Origin: the human T2T-CHM13v2.0 reference genome, Homo sapiens
Assembly: GCF_009914755.1 (NCBI RefSeq)
Contig: NC_060944.1
Reading direction: 5' to 3' (one strand)
Length of the DNA: 64,000 bases
Shown here: one piece after another, positions 28,379 to 44,966 of the stretch
How the letters are laid out: every line of letters begins with the position of its first letter
Position numbering within the stretch: the stretch's first letter is position 1
Notes under the pieces: model-generated
Databases searched by the model: none
Told to the model about the DNA's origin: nothing
What the model saw: the letters and a program-made list of their open reading frames with translations, nothing else
Made by a program: the position numbers and the translations under genes

Positions 28379-28837
28379 TGTAGCAGGATGAGCCGCAGAT
28401 AAAACCTCTCAGACACTGAGTTGTAGAAGGAAGGGCTTTATTCAACTGGGAGCATCGGCAAGCTGCTGCCTTAAAATCCGAGCTCCCCGAGTGCACAATT
28501 TCTGTCCCTTTTAAGGGCTCACAACACTAAAGATTTCACATGAAAAGGTCGTGATTGATTTGAGCAAGCAAGGGATACGTGACAGGGGCTGCATGCACCG
28601 GTGGTCAGAGAGAAACAGAACACGGCAGGGAGTTTCATAATGTTCTTCTATACAATGTCTGGAATCTATGAATAACATCAGCTTCTAAATCATAAGTTGA
28701 TTTTTAACTACTGGGTTTAGGCCAGGCAGGCCCGGGCCTGGTTTCAGGCCTGGCGCCGGGCTGCCTGTCTTTGGTTTTACTTCCTTGTTGTTTTTACTGA
28801 ATATAAAACAATATGAGAGGGGGTCTCTCTTCTCTCA
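28379..28837 (-). mobile_element. HERV-E family solo LTR (LTR2B/LTR2C-like)
   Basis: Intact TG...CA ends (tgtagcaggatgagccgcaga...ctctcttctctca); CpGs retained; TSD cagt/caat. Confidence 0.8.
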
Positions 28838-28974
28838 CAATTATTCTGCCTAAATTTACCACTCAGATGTCTCTGCACTTATTCTCAAGCAAAGAGACTT
28901 GGGGATAGAGGGATGCCAGAAGTTATACCAATGAAGGAACATCAGAAATGGAAAAGGAGGATTCCCCACTAATG

Positions 28975-29265
28975 CAAACAAGGCACATTCGGCCCCAGGA
29001 CCTTTGCTTCTGCTGCTGTCTCTGCCTGAAGCACTCTTCCCCTAGGTCTTCACATGGCTGGATGCCTCTCAACATTGTGGTCAAAGCTCAGTTGTTATTC
29101 CCCAAGAAGTCCATCCCTGACCACTCTACTTAATGTGGTTCACTTGTTTATTTTTCTTTATGGAGCATCTATCTAAAACTATTTTATCAATACAATGTAA
29201 GTTCTCTAATGGCGGTAACCTTGCCTGTCTTGCTGAGCACCTCAAAGTGACCCTGGCACAGAGTA
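28975..29265 (+). mobile_element. L2 3' end
   Basis: caggacctttgc...tctctgcctgaagcactcttcc...aatgtaagttctc...cctggcacagagtaa. Confidence 0.72.
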
Positions 29266-29269
29266 AACA

Positions 29270-29750
29270 GGTGTCTGAGGTGAGGGTTTTCAGATGCAGA
29301 GCTGGAGATCAGTTTTCTTGTGCAAATGCTTTATGGGGGGTGGGGGAGGTTCTGAAGAGAACTGAGAGATGTGGGACAGTGCAGGGGAAGAAGCTGATAA
29401 GAAGGACATGGAGTCAGTTCTAGAGTGATCAACCCTCCCATTTTACCTATGCCTAAAGGGTTTCCCAAAATTTTTAGTACTAAAACTGGGGCACTTTTAG
29501 GAAAACCAGAACTGTTGGTCACCTAGCCTCAGCCTAATCCCATAGGGGAGATCTGGTGCATATATTTAATCAAACAGTTGTCCCACTTTGAAGCCAGTGA
29601 GCCTTCCTTCAGTATAAGTCAGTGGAGGTGGCTCCCATCAGCTGAGGGCAATTCTCAAGAATGGCTGTGAGCTATCAGTAGGCAAAATTCACAGCACCTG
29701 GGGAACGGGTTCACCTTCTGGAAAAGGGATTCTAGGTGAGGCATCAACAG
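29270..29750 (-). mobile_element. Old MLT1 (H/I-like) LTR
   Basis: agagctggagatcagttttcttgtgcaaatgcttta...cagctgagggcaattc. Confidence 0.5.
29421..29525. mobile_element. MER81-like hAT-Blackjack MITE
   Basis: Terminal inverted repeats tagagtgatcaac / gttggtcaccta. Confidence 0.7.
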
Positions 29751-32188
29751 AGTAGTGTGTACACCATTACAGCCTGCAATAAATATGTGTTTAATGAATG
29801 AGTAAAATACATCATGAAATTTACAGTCTCATCCCATGTTAACGTGGCTCAAGCAACATCTCTTTTGCATTTTGGACTTTTGTGTAATGGAGATGATAGA
29901 AGTTTCTTAAGCTCTTTTATCATACGCCTTGGTAATATTTTAGCTTTTTACAACTAGAACACACTGTTCCTTCTTATTTGTGTATACACAAAGTTTATGA
30001 CTTGCTGACTCAGATTCTCTCAGCCTGTTAATGCTCGCTGGGGGTGAGTTAGGGACTTTGAGAGGCTGCGCTAACTTCTTAATGAATCCCGAATGCCTCG
30101 TAGGAAATGTTGGTACTATTCCATTGTGACAAATGGTATCTTAGTGGGGCAAAGAGACATTCCTTCTACAACTCCAAAACAACCAACGTAAAAGATGTAG
30201 AGAGGCAGGTAATCCATTGGTCTTATTTACTTAATTTCAAGTAATTTATTTTAGGCTTTTTCCACCTGCTACTTACATTCAACTTTAAATAACAAAATAA
30301 TTTTAAAAACAGAACATAGTTATCTGTATATGTGTACAGTTTTAAGTATACATGCATATGTGAATGTGTGTATATAGAAATGTGTAGATATGTATGTGTA
30401 TGTATAAAACTTCTTTCCTTAGACAATATTAATGGCAATTTAGAAAGATACATAATTGGCATCAAGATTATAAAAGGCATAGGAGAAGAAAGGCAAAATA
30501 CCAACATCCACCATTATCAACACAAAAGAACTGGAGGGAAGCAGTGATATGTTTAATATGAAAACATATCAAGTTCCATACACTTGATAGAGTGAGCCCC
30601 CAAATTCTCTACAGGCAACTTATACAAAAAGGAAAATTACATAGTTTTCAGTGCTTATAAGCTAAAGACAAACTGATTCTTTAGGAAAGGTATCAGTATT
30701 TCTAAATTGGAGAAAAGGCAAATGTCTCACCAAAGTCTTTATATGATCTATATGCAGCAGACATTGTGCATATATATTGCTATATGGCAATATATATGTT
30801 CTGGAAAAACCTTGCAGAATTACTTGGTAAAAATAACAGGGCTTATGGGAAAAATAATGTTAGGCAAACCACTCAAACCATGCAACTACATAATCAGAAA
30901 GGCCATAAAAATAACAATAATCCTAAAAATAATGCTTGCATAAATAAAAATGTTACATCTTAATAAAGAAATAATACAGTAAGTATAGGAATTTATATCT
31001 TTTATACAACGTGAAGACAGCTTATTAGAAGAAAGTGTAAGAAAGGATTGTGCAAAATTAATAGATGAGGAAATGCATAAAGAGCAGGAAGGACCATGTA
31101 AAAATCATTTCCAAGACAGATCTCCAAGTTTAATCGAGGATACAGAATAACTTGGATTGAATGGGCATCTTGTATTTCTCTTCAACTTTTCATGTGCAGT
31201 TTTGTTGGTGTAAGTCCACTGGAGCTGTGTGTTAACATCATGCTTTATTTATTATCCTCATATAAGCTCGTGTACCTCACAGAGGCAGCTATTGCAGAAC
31301 AGACTATACTTTTTAATATGACATATGTGTGGGTGATTCAGGGCACTAACCAAACCACTTCTCCAAAAAAAAGTTAAAAATCATGAATAAACAAAGATTT
31401 TTTTGTTTTTATACACATAATTCATAATTTAAATTACCTTGCTTTTGTTTCATTTTGTGGTGCTCAGTTTTGCCTTTACAAACCTTCATAATAGATATCC
31501 TGCTAATTGACAGGTTCAATAATGTTTAGTAATTAGCAAAGAGAGTATGCTTTTCATAATAGTAAATCCTTTGTATTTTGGTTTCATAAAAATTTATTTA
31601 TGCGATTTGGTTGTTTGAATCAGAATATAAATTGGTAAACTAGGTCAGGAATACATTACTGTTTTTCTTAAAAACTGCTCTTTTGATAGTGGGATTTTCT
31701 GAGTATTTCATACTGCCATTCTTATACCATATTGTTAAGATAAGCAACAGGAAATAAAACAATTTCATCTACTGTAAGTTTATCATAAGATCTTGGATAC
31801 TAATTTAGCATGCAGTAGGTTTTGGCAACTTTCCCCCTTAACAAGCAAAGATTGATCCTCAGGAAAAATCAAAGTTATTATATGGGCTGTTCCATTAATA
31901 GCACTTGAAGAAAAATGAAAATGGGCAGCTAGTCTAAATGTAAATGGCATATCCAGTTTGGAAACAAATGGCTAAAGGAATGAAGAACTATTGAAATATA
32001 TGCCTACCTTTGCATTTGGTCATTTAATCCAATATTATGAAGCAATGCTAGAATTTACCAGTGATATGTATCCTTTCATCAGTATGTGGGGGATATATGA
32101 TGTGATTTTTATGTCATTCCCCTTAGAGGGAGATAATGCACAGAACTCACAAAAATTCAAATAAAGGGATGTTAGAAAAATCAAAAGG

Positions 32189-32495
32189 GGACCAGGTGCC
32201 CATAGCTCATGCCTGTAAACCAAGAACTTTGGAAGGTCAAGGCAGGAGGATTGCTTGAAGCAAGGAGTTCGAGATCAGCCTGGGCAACAAAATGAGACCC
32301 AGTCTCTACCAAAAAAAAAAAAAATTAAAAATTAGCTGGGCCTGGTTCTACATGCCTGTTAGTCCCAGCTTCTCTGGAGTCTGAGGCATGAGGATTGCTT
32401 GAGCCCAGTAGTTCAAGACTGCAGTGAGATTTGGTGGTGCCACTGCACTCCAGCCTGAATGACAGAGTAAGACCCTGTTTCTTAAAACAAAAAAG
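32189..32495 (+). mobile_element. Alu (AluJ)
   Basis: Dimer; TSD agaaaaatcaaaagggg. Confidence 0.93.
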
Positions 32496-32874
32496 GAAGA
32501 AAAATCAAAAGGGGCATGTTATCATCATCATCGTCAAGTGGTGGCAAGTAACTTGGAATGCTAGCATTTTCTTCTTAGAATGAAGTTACTTCTGGAATGC
32601 CATGCTGTATATGTTAATTTTGTAAATCTGTAAAGGTTTAAGTTTCAGCAAGATTTTGTTTTTGTTTTTTCTTTCTCTCTTGAATATATTTCTTCTGAGA
32701 ATTTATTTCTAAGACGGCAGAGAAACAGGAGTCTGACAGTCCCTGGCTGACTTTAGCAGGTTAGAGAGCTGAGTAATTCAGGAAGTGTGTGATTCTCTCC
32801 TGGTTGGGCAACTGGGAGTTTGGATGTGGAGCTAAGTGAATCTCACTCACTGTGTATCTTTTTAAAACATGCGC

Positions 32875-33583
<709 letters not shown>

Positions 33584-33649
33584 TAGGCAGATTAGAAAAA
33601 TGATCTGGAGATGGAAATTTCATCTATAGATTGAGGGATGGGGTAGGGG

Positions 33650-33925
33650 CAAAATTGTGATTAAGACCATAGGTTCTGAAATTTGACTGCCAGAGTTTTA
33701 ATCATGGCTTCATTGCATTTTAGTTCTTGTCATCTTAGGAACATTTGTCAATCTCTACCAGCCTCATCTTTCTCTGTAGAACAAGAATGATTCTCATATG
33801 AACTGCAAAAGGTTGTTGTGAGGACTGAATGAGACAAGCATGCAATGTGCCCAGCAGAGTACCAGGTACATAGGAAGTACTCAATACATGTTCACTTCTA
33901 TCATTACCATTACTATTATTACACC
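33650..33925 (+). mobile_element. MIR SINE
   Basis: ggttgttgtgaggactgaatgaga...ggtacataggaagtactcaatac. Confidence 0.75.
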
Positions 33926-34434
33926 GTCTGTAGGCCCAGGCTGTAGCAAGATGTGTTTGTTCTTCCAGAGAACTAGAAGCAACTCTTTGGAATGTGGGTA
34001 CTATGGATAAAATACTATCATCACTTTCCTAAATCTTGGAATTTCTTCACTACTTATTTGTGTGTATCTGACAGAGTTTGTGGTTTCCTATAAACAAGTT
34101 GTGAGAGGGAACAATTTTCATGTGAGCTTCTCTTTTTAAAACCATTTTGGTGGCATATTATTCAAGGAATAGTCATAATAATAGGTCAAAGAGAAACAAA
34201 TACACAGGATATTAAAGAGCTTCTCAGCATTTGCTTAGATGATACTACTGTTGTGAGTGGCACAGATAATCTGTCTATTCATGAATGGTTGCAAGCAATT
34301 AGATGATTCAGTAGAGATAATCAAATGCTATTCTTTTTTTAACTTAAGCTCTTCACTTGCCTACTGGTAGTACTGGTTTTGTCTAGATGGAGTTTAGAAC
34401 TTCTATATTATTTAGTGTACAAAAATCCACCCAG

Positions 34435-34824
<390 letters not shown>

Positions 34825-35354
34825 TTAATTAATTAAAAGAAATTATAGCATGATGGCATGTATTTTAATTTCTCAGATAAATGCATTTAAAAATTAGTCT
34901 AATTTTTATATTAGACTAAATTTGACTGAATTGATCATTATTTTAGATTAAAATATGTTCTGGAAGATTTATTCTTTAAAAAACAACAAATACTAGAAAT
35001 TACATATGCAAGTGAGTTTATTCTTATCAAAAGTAGAGGCATTAACTAAAAATTGTCTATAAATTCTTCTTTGCAAATTGCTGTCAGCCTCCGCAAGGTT
35101 TTATTGTCATTTTCAGTACCCTCTGTAGTGGCCAATTTTATCCTTTTAGTGCAGATAATCACTGTCTTGCAGAGATCATTAATCCTTTCTCTCTTTTCCT
35201 CTATTAAATTAACTTAGTAAACCCCAATGTGGTTGAATCCAAATATTCACTATCTTCAAATGTGGCAGACACAGCTATTTGTTTAAATACATTGTTGTTT
35301 TCTCATTTTTTCTTTACTAACTTTTCAATGGTTTTGTTCAGGACAACAACCTTC

Positions 35355-35745
35355 AGATGCTGGCTTTCCTGCCTCCCTTGAAGCTAGGGTTGGCTATGTG
35401 TTACATGCCCCACAACTAAGATGAAAATAGAAATCTGGTGGATGTTTCTTGGAAATCTTTTGTTTTCCTAAAAGATAATTACTGAAGCAGGTGAGGCCCC
35501 TCCTTTTTTATTCTGGCCATGAATGTGGATGTAATGAATACGAAAACCAATTTGCTGAGCATGGCAGCAGAAAAAGATACAAAAAGCCTGCAACCTGAGG
35601 GTATTACTTAGCAGGTGAATCAATACCAGCAAGTGCATATCTCTGTTATGTGAAAGAAAAAGAAATCTCTATTTTTGCACCACCTGCTGTGTGTCAGTTA
35701 TTCTGTTTTTTTTTTTTTTTTTTTTTTTTTTTGAGTAGCTAACAT
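35355..35745 (+). mobile_element. MLT1J/K-like LTR
   Basis: tttcctgcctcccttgaagctaggg...gaatgtggatgtaatg...gttatgtgaaagaaaa. Confidence 0.6.
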
Positions 35746-35979
35746 AGCTAACCACATTCCTACAAGCACATTAATAGTTGAACATTGTTGGAGAGGATCA
35801 ATCTTTGTGATTGATCTTTAGTTCATACTTGCAGGAAACATAAGGATGCAGCTTTCAGTCTTATTATGCTTTCCTGGTTAAGGTAAGAATTTTGTTTTGT
35901 TTCGTAAATCTCTTTAGTCTCATATCTCCTCTCAACAACCTGAAAAATTCACTCAAACTTTGTTCAGAAAATGGAAGCT

Positions 35980-36990
35980 CTCATCAATGCTCTCCCTTAC
36001 TCTCCTTCATCTCTGCCCTCTTTCTGCATTATTACTCTCCATCTTCACCTGGCCACAGAAAAAAAAATGTGCCCCTGCTCCTCTTAAGCAAGTCTGCTGT
36101 TGCCTATCTGGACCTTCATGGCCTTTGTCCTTCACGATGACATTTTCTCTTTCTTTTCTCCTCTTTCTTCTACATCTTCAATTTCTCACTTGCCACTAGA
36201 TCATTATATCAGAACATCTTTACAAAAACTTGCCTTGACCTGCTCTCTCCTTAGGCTTTTGACCCATTTCCCTTCTCTCCTTTGTAGTCAGACTTGAAAA
36301 TGTTTTACACATATTGTCTCCATTTTCTAAAGTCCTTCTGTACCCCATTACAATTATGCTTATCTTCCTGCCAGCCCACTGAAACCATTTTCCCCCAAAT
36401 CACCAATCTCTGTGTAGACGAATCCACTGGAAAATATTTTTTTTTCTTTACTTACCTATTGGCAACAATTGGGAAAGTTTACCAATATCTCCCTGTAATG
36501 CCTTCTTATTTTTTTGTTTTTTAAAACTATATTCTCAGTTTTTCTCTCTTCCTTTCTAGCTACTTCTTTCTGGCTTTTTCTTTTCCATAAGATCTTCAAA
36601 ATATTAAAATTTCAAGGCTAGGTCTTCATCCCTCTCCCTTGTTTGTTTATATTTATCCCTAATGATATATTTCCCCAATTCGCCAACACATGTATCTGTT
36701 GATGATCTCTCCTCTGAGCTCCAGGCTTATCTACTGAAAGATGCATTTGACATTTCGTAGATACGTAATAGACATCTCACACGTGAAACATCAAAACAAA
36801 CTAGATGATCCCCCCAATTTCAACTCTGTTCAGTTCCAATCCCTCTGTCTTAGAAATTGCATTATCATCGTCCACTATTTAAAAATAGAAATATGGAAGC
36901 CGTTTTTTGGCATTTCCCTTTTTTAAAGTTTTTTATATCCAATTTATTGACAAGTTAGTTCCATCCTTAGAACCTATCTGGCATACCTCT
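35980..36990 (+). mobile_element. Degraded L2
   Basis: cccactgaaaccatttt...caccaat; ctctcctctgagctccag. Confidence 0.6.
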
Positions 36991-37225
36991 TTTACTTTGT
37001 TTCATTACACAACATCTATAATACCATTTTAAGAAATAAAATTAACTTGCTAAAAGTGCTGAAATGTAAAAGAATGGCAATACCAATTGATAGCGAAGCT
37101 ATGGGCAATAAGATCTCAGACATTGGGAGAGTAAATTTTAATTGGCAATACCACTTTGAAGAGGCATTGCCTGTTAAAGAGATGCAATGGTTCTATTTCC
37201 AGAGACTTACCAACAAGAATGAGTG

Positions 37226-37593
<368 letters not shown>

Positions 37594-38007
37594 TTAACAT
37601 GTACAAAAATGTTCATGTCAGCAATGTTCACAATAGATCCACTTGGGAACAAACCAATGCACGTTGACCATAGAATGAAGACAAACATTGAAGTATAGAC
37701 ACAATAGACACTATAAAGCAAAAAGAAAAAAAAAATGAACAAATTACAGGTACATGAAACATGAAAGAAACAACATGGATGAATTTCTAAAGTGATATTA
37801 AAGTTGTATCAGTAGTATTTAGCAAAAGATGCTAGATGCAAAATGATACGAGGAATAATTTCTTTATGTAACATTTAATAACCTGGAAAGCTAAGTTATG
37901 GTGTTTAGAAATCTAAACTTAGATGGGAAAAGTATAAAAAACAAAGAAGAAAAAAAAAACCAGTATTACCGTAAAAGTCAAAATACCAGTTATTCATGGG
38001 GGGAGGG

Positions 38008-39483
<1,476 letters not shown>

Positions 39484-39665
39484 AGAGTAGGGGAAGGTAG
39501 CTTTGAGTGTGATGGAGCAGGCAAGGGTTTTCTGGGGTGCAAGCAGGGTTCTGTTTCTTGCCTTGCATTTGCTTTTACAATGCATGCTTTCTAATAATTA
39601 ATCTATACTTGGATGCCCTGTGTATCTTTCTATAGATAGTATATAAATGCATTACATATTTATGT

Positions 39666-39756
39666 ATATTTGTATATAAATATCTATGTTTTACAAGAAA
39701 ATATACAAATATTTGTATGTGAATATCTATGTTTTACAAGAAAATATGCAAATATT
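39666..39756. repeat. 43-bp tandem duplication
   Basis: aatatctatgttttacaagaaaatat(a/g)caaatatt occurs twice. Confidence 0.85.
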
Positions 39757-39789
39757 AAATATATAAATAACTTCCCTGAATAAAACCAT

Positions 39790-40300
39790 GGTGTGTAGAA
39801 TGAGATCCTAATACCTTCTTGTGGCTGACGAATCTCTGCAGGAGCTGGTGGGGCTCCTCTGCAGCCTCATCTTACAGCCCTTTGCTGCTTGTTAAACACA
39901 TTGGCTCTCACTGGCTTTCTGCCACTTCCTTGAGCGCATCAAGCTCTCTGCTGTCCCGTGGCCCCTTGTCCTGTTGTTCCCTCTTAAAGGAAGACCTCCC
40001 CTGGATCTTTGTTCGGTGAGCTTCCTGTCATCCCAAGTCTTAGGTTAAAATGTCAGCCCTTCAGGGAAGAGAGCCTATATAAAGCTTCAACCTGTTATCC
40101 TCTGGCATAACAACCTGTTTGTTTTCCTCTTTGCTCATAAGATAATTTGTGATTCCTTTGGTACTGCTTACTAATTTGCTGACAATATTGCCAGCTATAT
40201 TGGCGGTCTAGAAAAGCAGAGATTTTTTTTCTTTGTTTGCTCCTGTGACTCTGGTGCTTGGGACACAGTAATGCTTGGCTCAATATTATTGCAGGATGAA
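39790..40300 (+). mobile_element. L2 3' end
   Basis: gcttcctgtcatcccaagtcttaggttaaaatgtca...cacagtaatgcttggctcaata. Confidence 0.62.
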
Positions 40301-42829
40301 AATCAATTCATTGGATATAGAATCGTAGGAAGACATCCTATTAGATGACATATGTAAGCAATATTAACTATAATGAAGGTGGAGGAGGAAGAAACATTAG
40401 AAGAGAGAATGAAGTAGAAGATAAACTAGAATCACATCTTACGAACTTGTTATATCCGCACGGGGTGACTCAGCTGTTGTCAAGTAGTGAGTCACAGCAG
40501 GGCAGACTATGTAGGGGCTGCCACCCGGCTTTTACTCTGTGTGTTTCCTGTGGATAATATCTAATTGTATGTGACATGAATCCAGCCATTTCTAGATTAT
40601 CCTTATAAGAAGGCATTAACTAGAACTCCTTTCAGTTTTCACCACAGATCACCAACAATGGTTCCTAATTTACTTTAAGAAAGGCCACAATCTGTCCTCA
40701 GGATGACTTTCAGGTGACTGACACCTGCCTTGGATGGGCAGCCACTCAGCACCCATGAGCTGTAATTCCCTAGGATCTTTAAAATCTTGGACCTTCAGGT
40801 ACTGCCCTGGCCTCTTTGCAAGGGTGGTCCTTTACATTCTCAATCCTCCAGCAGGTCATGCAATCACAAGAGATTTGTCAGTCTGCATAAAACATCTGAA
40901 TGCTAATGAAATGGCCCAGCACATTAATTAGACTGTCAATAGATCAGCCTTAAAAGCTCAGTTTCTCTTCTCTTCATTTATTTTCAAACAAAAGAGCAGC
41001 AGCACATTAGGAATGAAATCAGAATACTAATTAATTCCAATTCAGTAAATTTCCAAACAAGCTCTTCATATCCATAAACCAGAAATATTTTATAAATGAT
41101 TTTGTAATATTAAATGTTACTTCTTTTCTCTATTATTCATAAGGAAGGAAAAATAAGTTCGATGTAGCTAATATATAATACATATATGCTCTAAAGAGAT
41201 TTCAATAGCCATGTATCAGTAACACTAACTCAGTCAATAAAATATGGATCTCAATAAGAACAACATCAGTTTTTCCTCTTAATTACTTATGAGAATTGAT
41301 GTCTGATATCAAATCTTTAAATTTAAATGAAGGAGGTATCAATTTTATGACAAAACAAGATTTATTAAATTCAAATTGTCAAATTTTGTAGGACTTGTTT
41401 CAGGCAGAATAATGTAACCCCAAATTCATTAAGAAAATGTACTTTGTAAAAAGCAGAAAATTTAATTTGAGATATCAGAGTATAAGTTGTTAACCATTAT
41501 ACAAATAATTGGGAAGCTTTTGGGGAAAATAATCACTGATGTTATTTTCTACTTGAATCAACTTGTGATTAACTGTCATTAGAAGATCGTATGAAGCACC
41601 AAATATAACTAAATAAAGACAATGTGTAAGACAAGATTTGCAGCAGTTTTGAGATTGCTACTTCATTTTATGGTTTTGATGCTGCCAATGATCGGGTAGC
41701 ATTTTCTGGTCTTGAGGCAAATTCACAAAAAGGCTTATATACCGAAACACTCTCAAAACAAAATTGGTAAAAACTGTGGGCTTGCTTTTCTAAATCATAC
41801 TTCTTTTATCATTAATTCCTATTGATGATCTGAATAGGGGTATATACATTTTTCTTCATGGTATTATGATGCTGTCTTGTATTGTTGGTAGATGATTTGA
41901 CAATTACAAAAAAGCACTAAGAAAAATAAACATCACTCATAAATCTATCACCATTTATTTATATTTCCTTGCAGTCTATTTGTCTATATGTGTTATATAA
42001 TATATAATTTGTATACATACATATCTGACATGATTATATATTTTCAAATATTAGAGTATATCATACTTTAAAATAGTTTACATTTATTGAGATATAATTT
42101 ATGTAAAATTAAATTTATTTTTAATCCTAAACCACTCATGACTCCTCAATGTAGTCCTATCTGGTTATGATTTATTTTCTTCTAAAATACTACTAAATAT
42201 AATTTGCCAAGGATTTATTAGGATTTTAAATGTATTTACAGCTGAGTTGGGTCTGTGCTCTTCTTATTTTATTTTTGTGCGGTTTCGTATAGGGAGTATG
42301 TTTATGTATGACTGAATCAATATTTTTCAAACATTTCTGAAACACCTCCTATAATGGAGATCAATGTTCTTTTGTAATTTATATTATCCTGTATATTTGT
42401 ATATTTGTCTCTCTATATTGTACATTATAATTTACATCATAATATAAATTATGTTATATCACAAAAATTTGAATTTTGTAATTTATATTATCTTATGAAT
42501 GAGTGAAACCAGTATGTTCAAATTTATTAGCAGAGAGTTGGATATTTTCCACAACATTTAAGAGCTCCTCCATATTTAATTTTACCTCAAATTTAAGTTC
42601 CTTCAATTCCTTAATCCCCTCTTTTATGTCAAAAAACTTTTAAATAGTTGTTTTGAAATCATCCTTTAAGTTTATATATCATTTATTTTTCTAATGCAGT
42701 AATCAGTGATTATTTTTATTACCTTTCCTTGTTTTCTTTAGGTAATCTATTCTTTTAAAATTATTTTTCCATTTATAATAAAAGCCATTGAAACCCATGA
42801 TATGCCTCTTAATATCTTGTTCATCAAAA

Positions 42830-44005
42830 TTTGTCTCAAGTTTATTTAAAAAATAAGTAGCATAATAAATAACACATATATTGTCCTTCACCTATATTTA
42901 CCAATTGTTAATTTTTGCTAGTGTGCTCTCTCTCTTGCTCTGTCTCTTGCTCTCTTATGAACCATTCGGGAGTAATTTGCAGACATCATGATTCTTCCAA
43001 ACTACATGCTCAACTTGTATCTGCTAAGTAAAATGACATTCTCTTACATAAATCATAGTACATTTATCAAATTCAGAACTTTAACATTGTTTGGATTCTA
43101 TTTTCAAACTCACACTTCATATTTAAATGTTCGAGATAATGTCTCAATAATGTCCTTTACAGGCAATACTTTTTTCCAGTTCTGGGATCCAATCCGTAGT
43201 CATGTATTTCCTTTAGCTGTATTGTCCCTTTAGTTTCCTTTAATTAATAAACAGTTCTCAACCTTTTGTTGTTGTTGTTTATATTGGCAATGTTGAGGAC
43301 TATATGATAGTTGTTTTGTAGAAGTCCCTTAATTTTGGTTTTTCTGATTCTTTTATATGATTGGATTTAGGTGGTGCATTTTTAGCAGATAGACGGTATA
43401 AGTGAAGTTGTGTCTTCCTCAATATATTACATCAGGAAGCATACGATGAGCCCTTGTTGAGTAGGTTACTTTTGTTCACCTGTTTCAGATGGTGCCTGCC
43501 AAATTTATATACTGTAAAGTTACCACTCATACCTTACTGTAATTACTAAGTCATCTATGGAAGATCCTTCGACGCATAAAGGTCCTGTCCACAGCAAAGA
43601 GTTTGACCTCCATTGCTGATTTTTGCCTGAATCAGTTATTGTTATGGTCTTTGCAAAATGATTTATTTCTAACTCTTTCATTACTAATATATTTATTAGC
43701 ATGGTGAGTATTCTACTGGAAAACAAATAAAACTGCCAAAAAACACCTCCTTTCCTCCTTCATGAAAGTACATACGTATGTGTATGTATTAGTGTAGATG
43801 CGTGGGTTCATTTTTATTTAGTATATTTCAATCAGTTTCTGCCAGTACTCATTGCTCTGCTCAAAATTTGCCAGATTTGACATCAAACTTGTTCTTACGT
43901 GCTGTTGGCATGTTCTCATCAGTTTCTGAATACTTTCTTACTTCTTGGCAAGAAATGTGTTCAAAAATCACCTTACATTTTTTGTTTCTAGCCACAGAAT
44001 CAATC
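42830..44005 (-). mobile_element. L1MC (MC4/5-like) 3' end
   Basis: gaaccattcgggagtaatttgcagacatcatg...gacattctcttacataa...gatccaatcc...gctcaaaatttgccagatttg. Confidence 0.8.
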
Positions 44006-44011
44006 TGATAC

Positions 44012-44165
44012 TAGATATCAGCATGTACTGATATGCACTATCAGTAGATATCAGTATGTACTGATCTGTACTATCAGTAGATATCAGTATGTACTGATCT
44101 GTACTATCAGTAGATATCAGTATGTACTGATCTGTACTATCAGTAGATATCAGTATGTACTGATC
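44012..44165. repeat. 33-bp quasi-palindromic minisatellite, about 4.7 copies
   Basis: tagatatcagtatgtactgatctgtactatcag at 44012, 44045, 44078, 44111 and 44144. Confidence 0.97.
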
Positions 44166-44173
44166 TTCTATGA

Positions 44174-44483
<310 letters not shown>

Positions 44484-44672
44484 TAATTTTCTTTTGCTCA
44501 TCAATACAACGTTTGCCTAAGCAAGACTGGAAATCTATTATTAGTGAAAGAAAGATAAAAATGACTATTAGATTGGCAGCTAGTTATGGTTGCCACAATA
44601 TGATATATCAACCTGTGTCTTATACATCAATATGATCTATAAAAGAGCATGCAGGCTATTATGCTCTCTTAA

Positions 44673-44966
<294 letters not shown>

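Noticed and set aside
34894-34919. 10-bp AT-rich hairpin ttagtctaat/attagactaa
   Set aside because: Short and AT-rich, so not distinguishable from background.
44012-44165. CRISPR-like array (palindromic 33-bp repeats)
   Set aside because: Units are head-to-tail with no unique spacers, there are no cas genes, and the DNA is primate.
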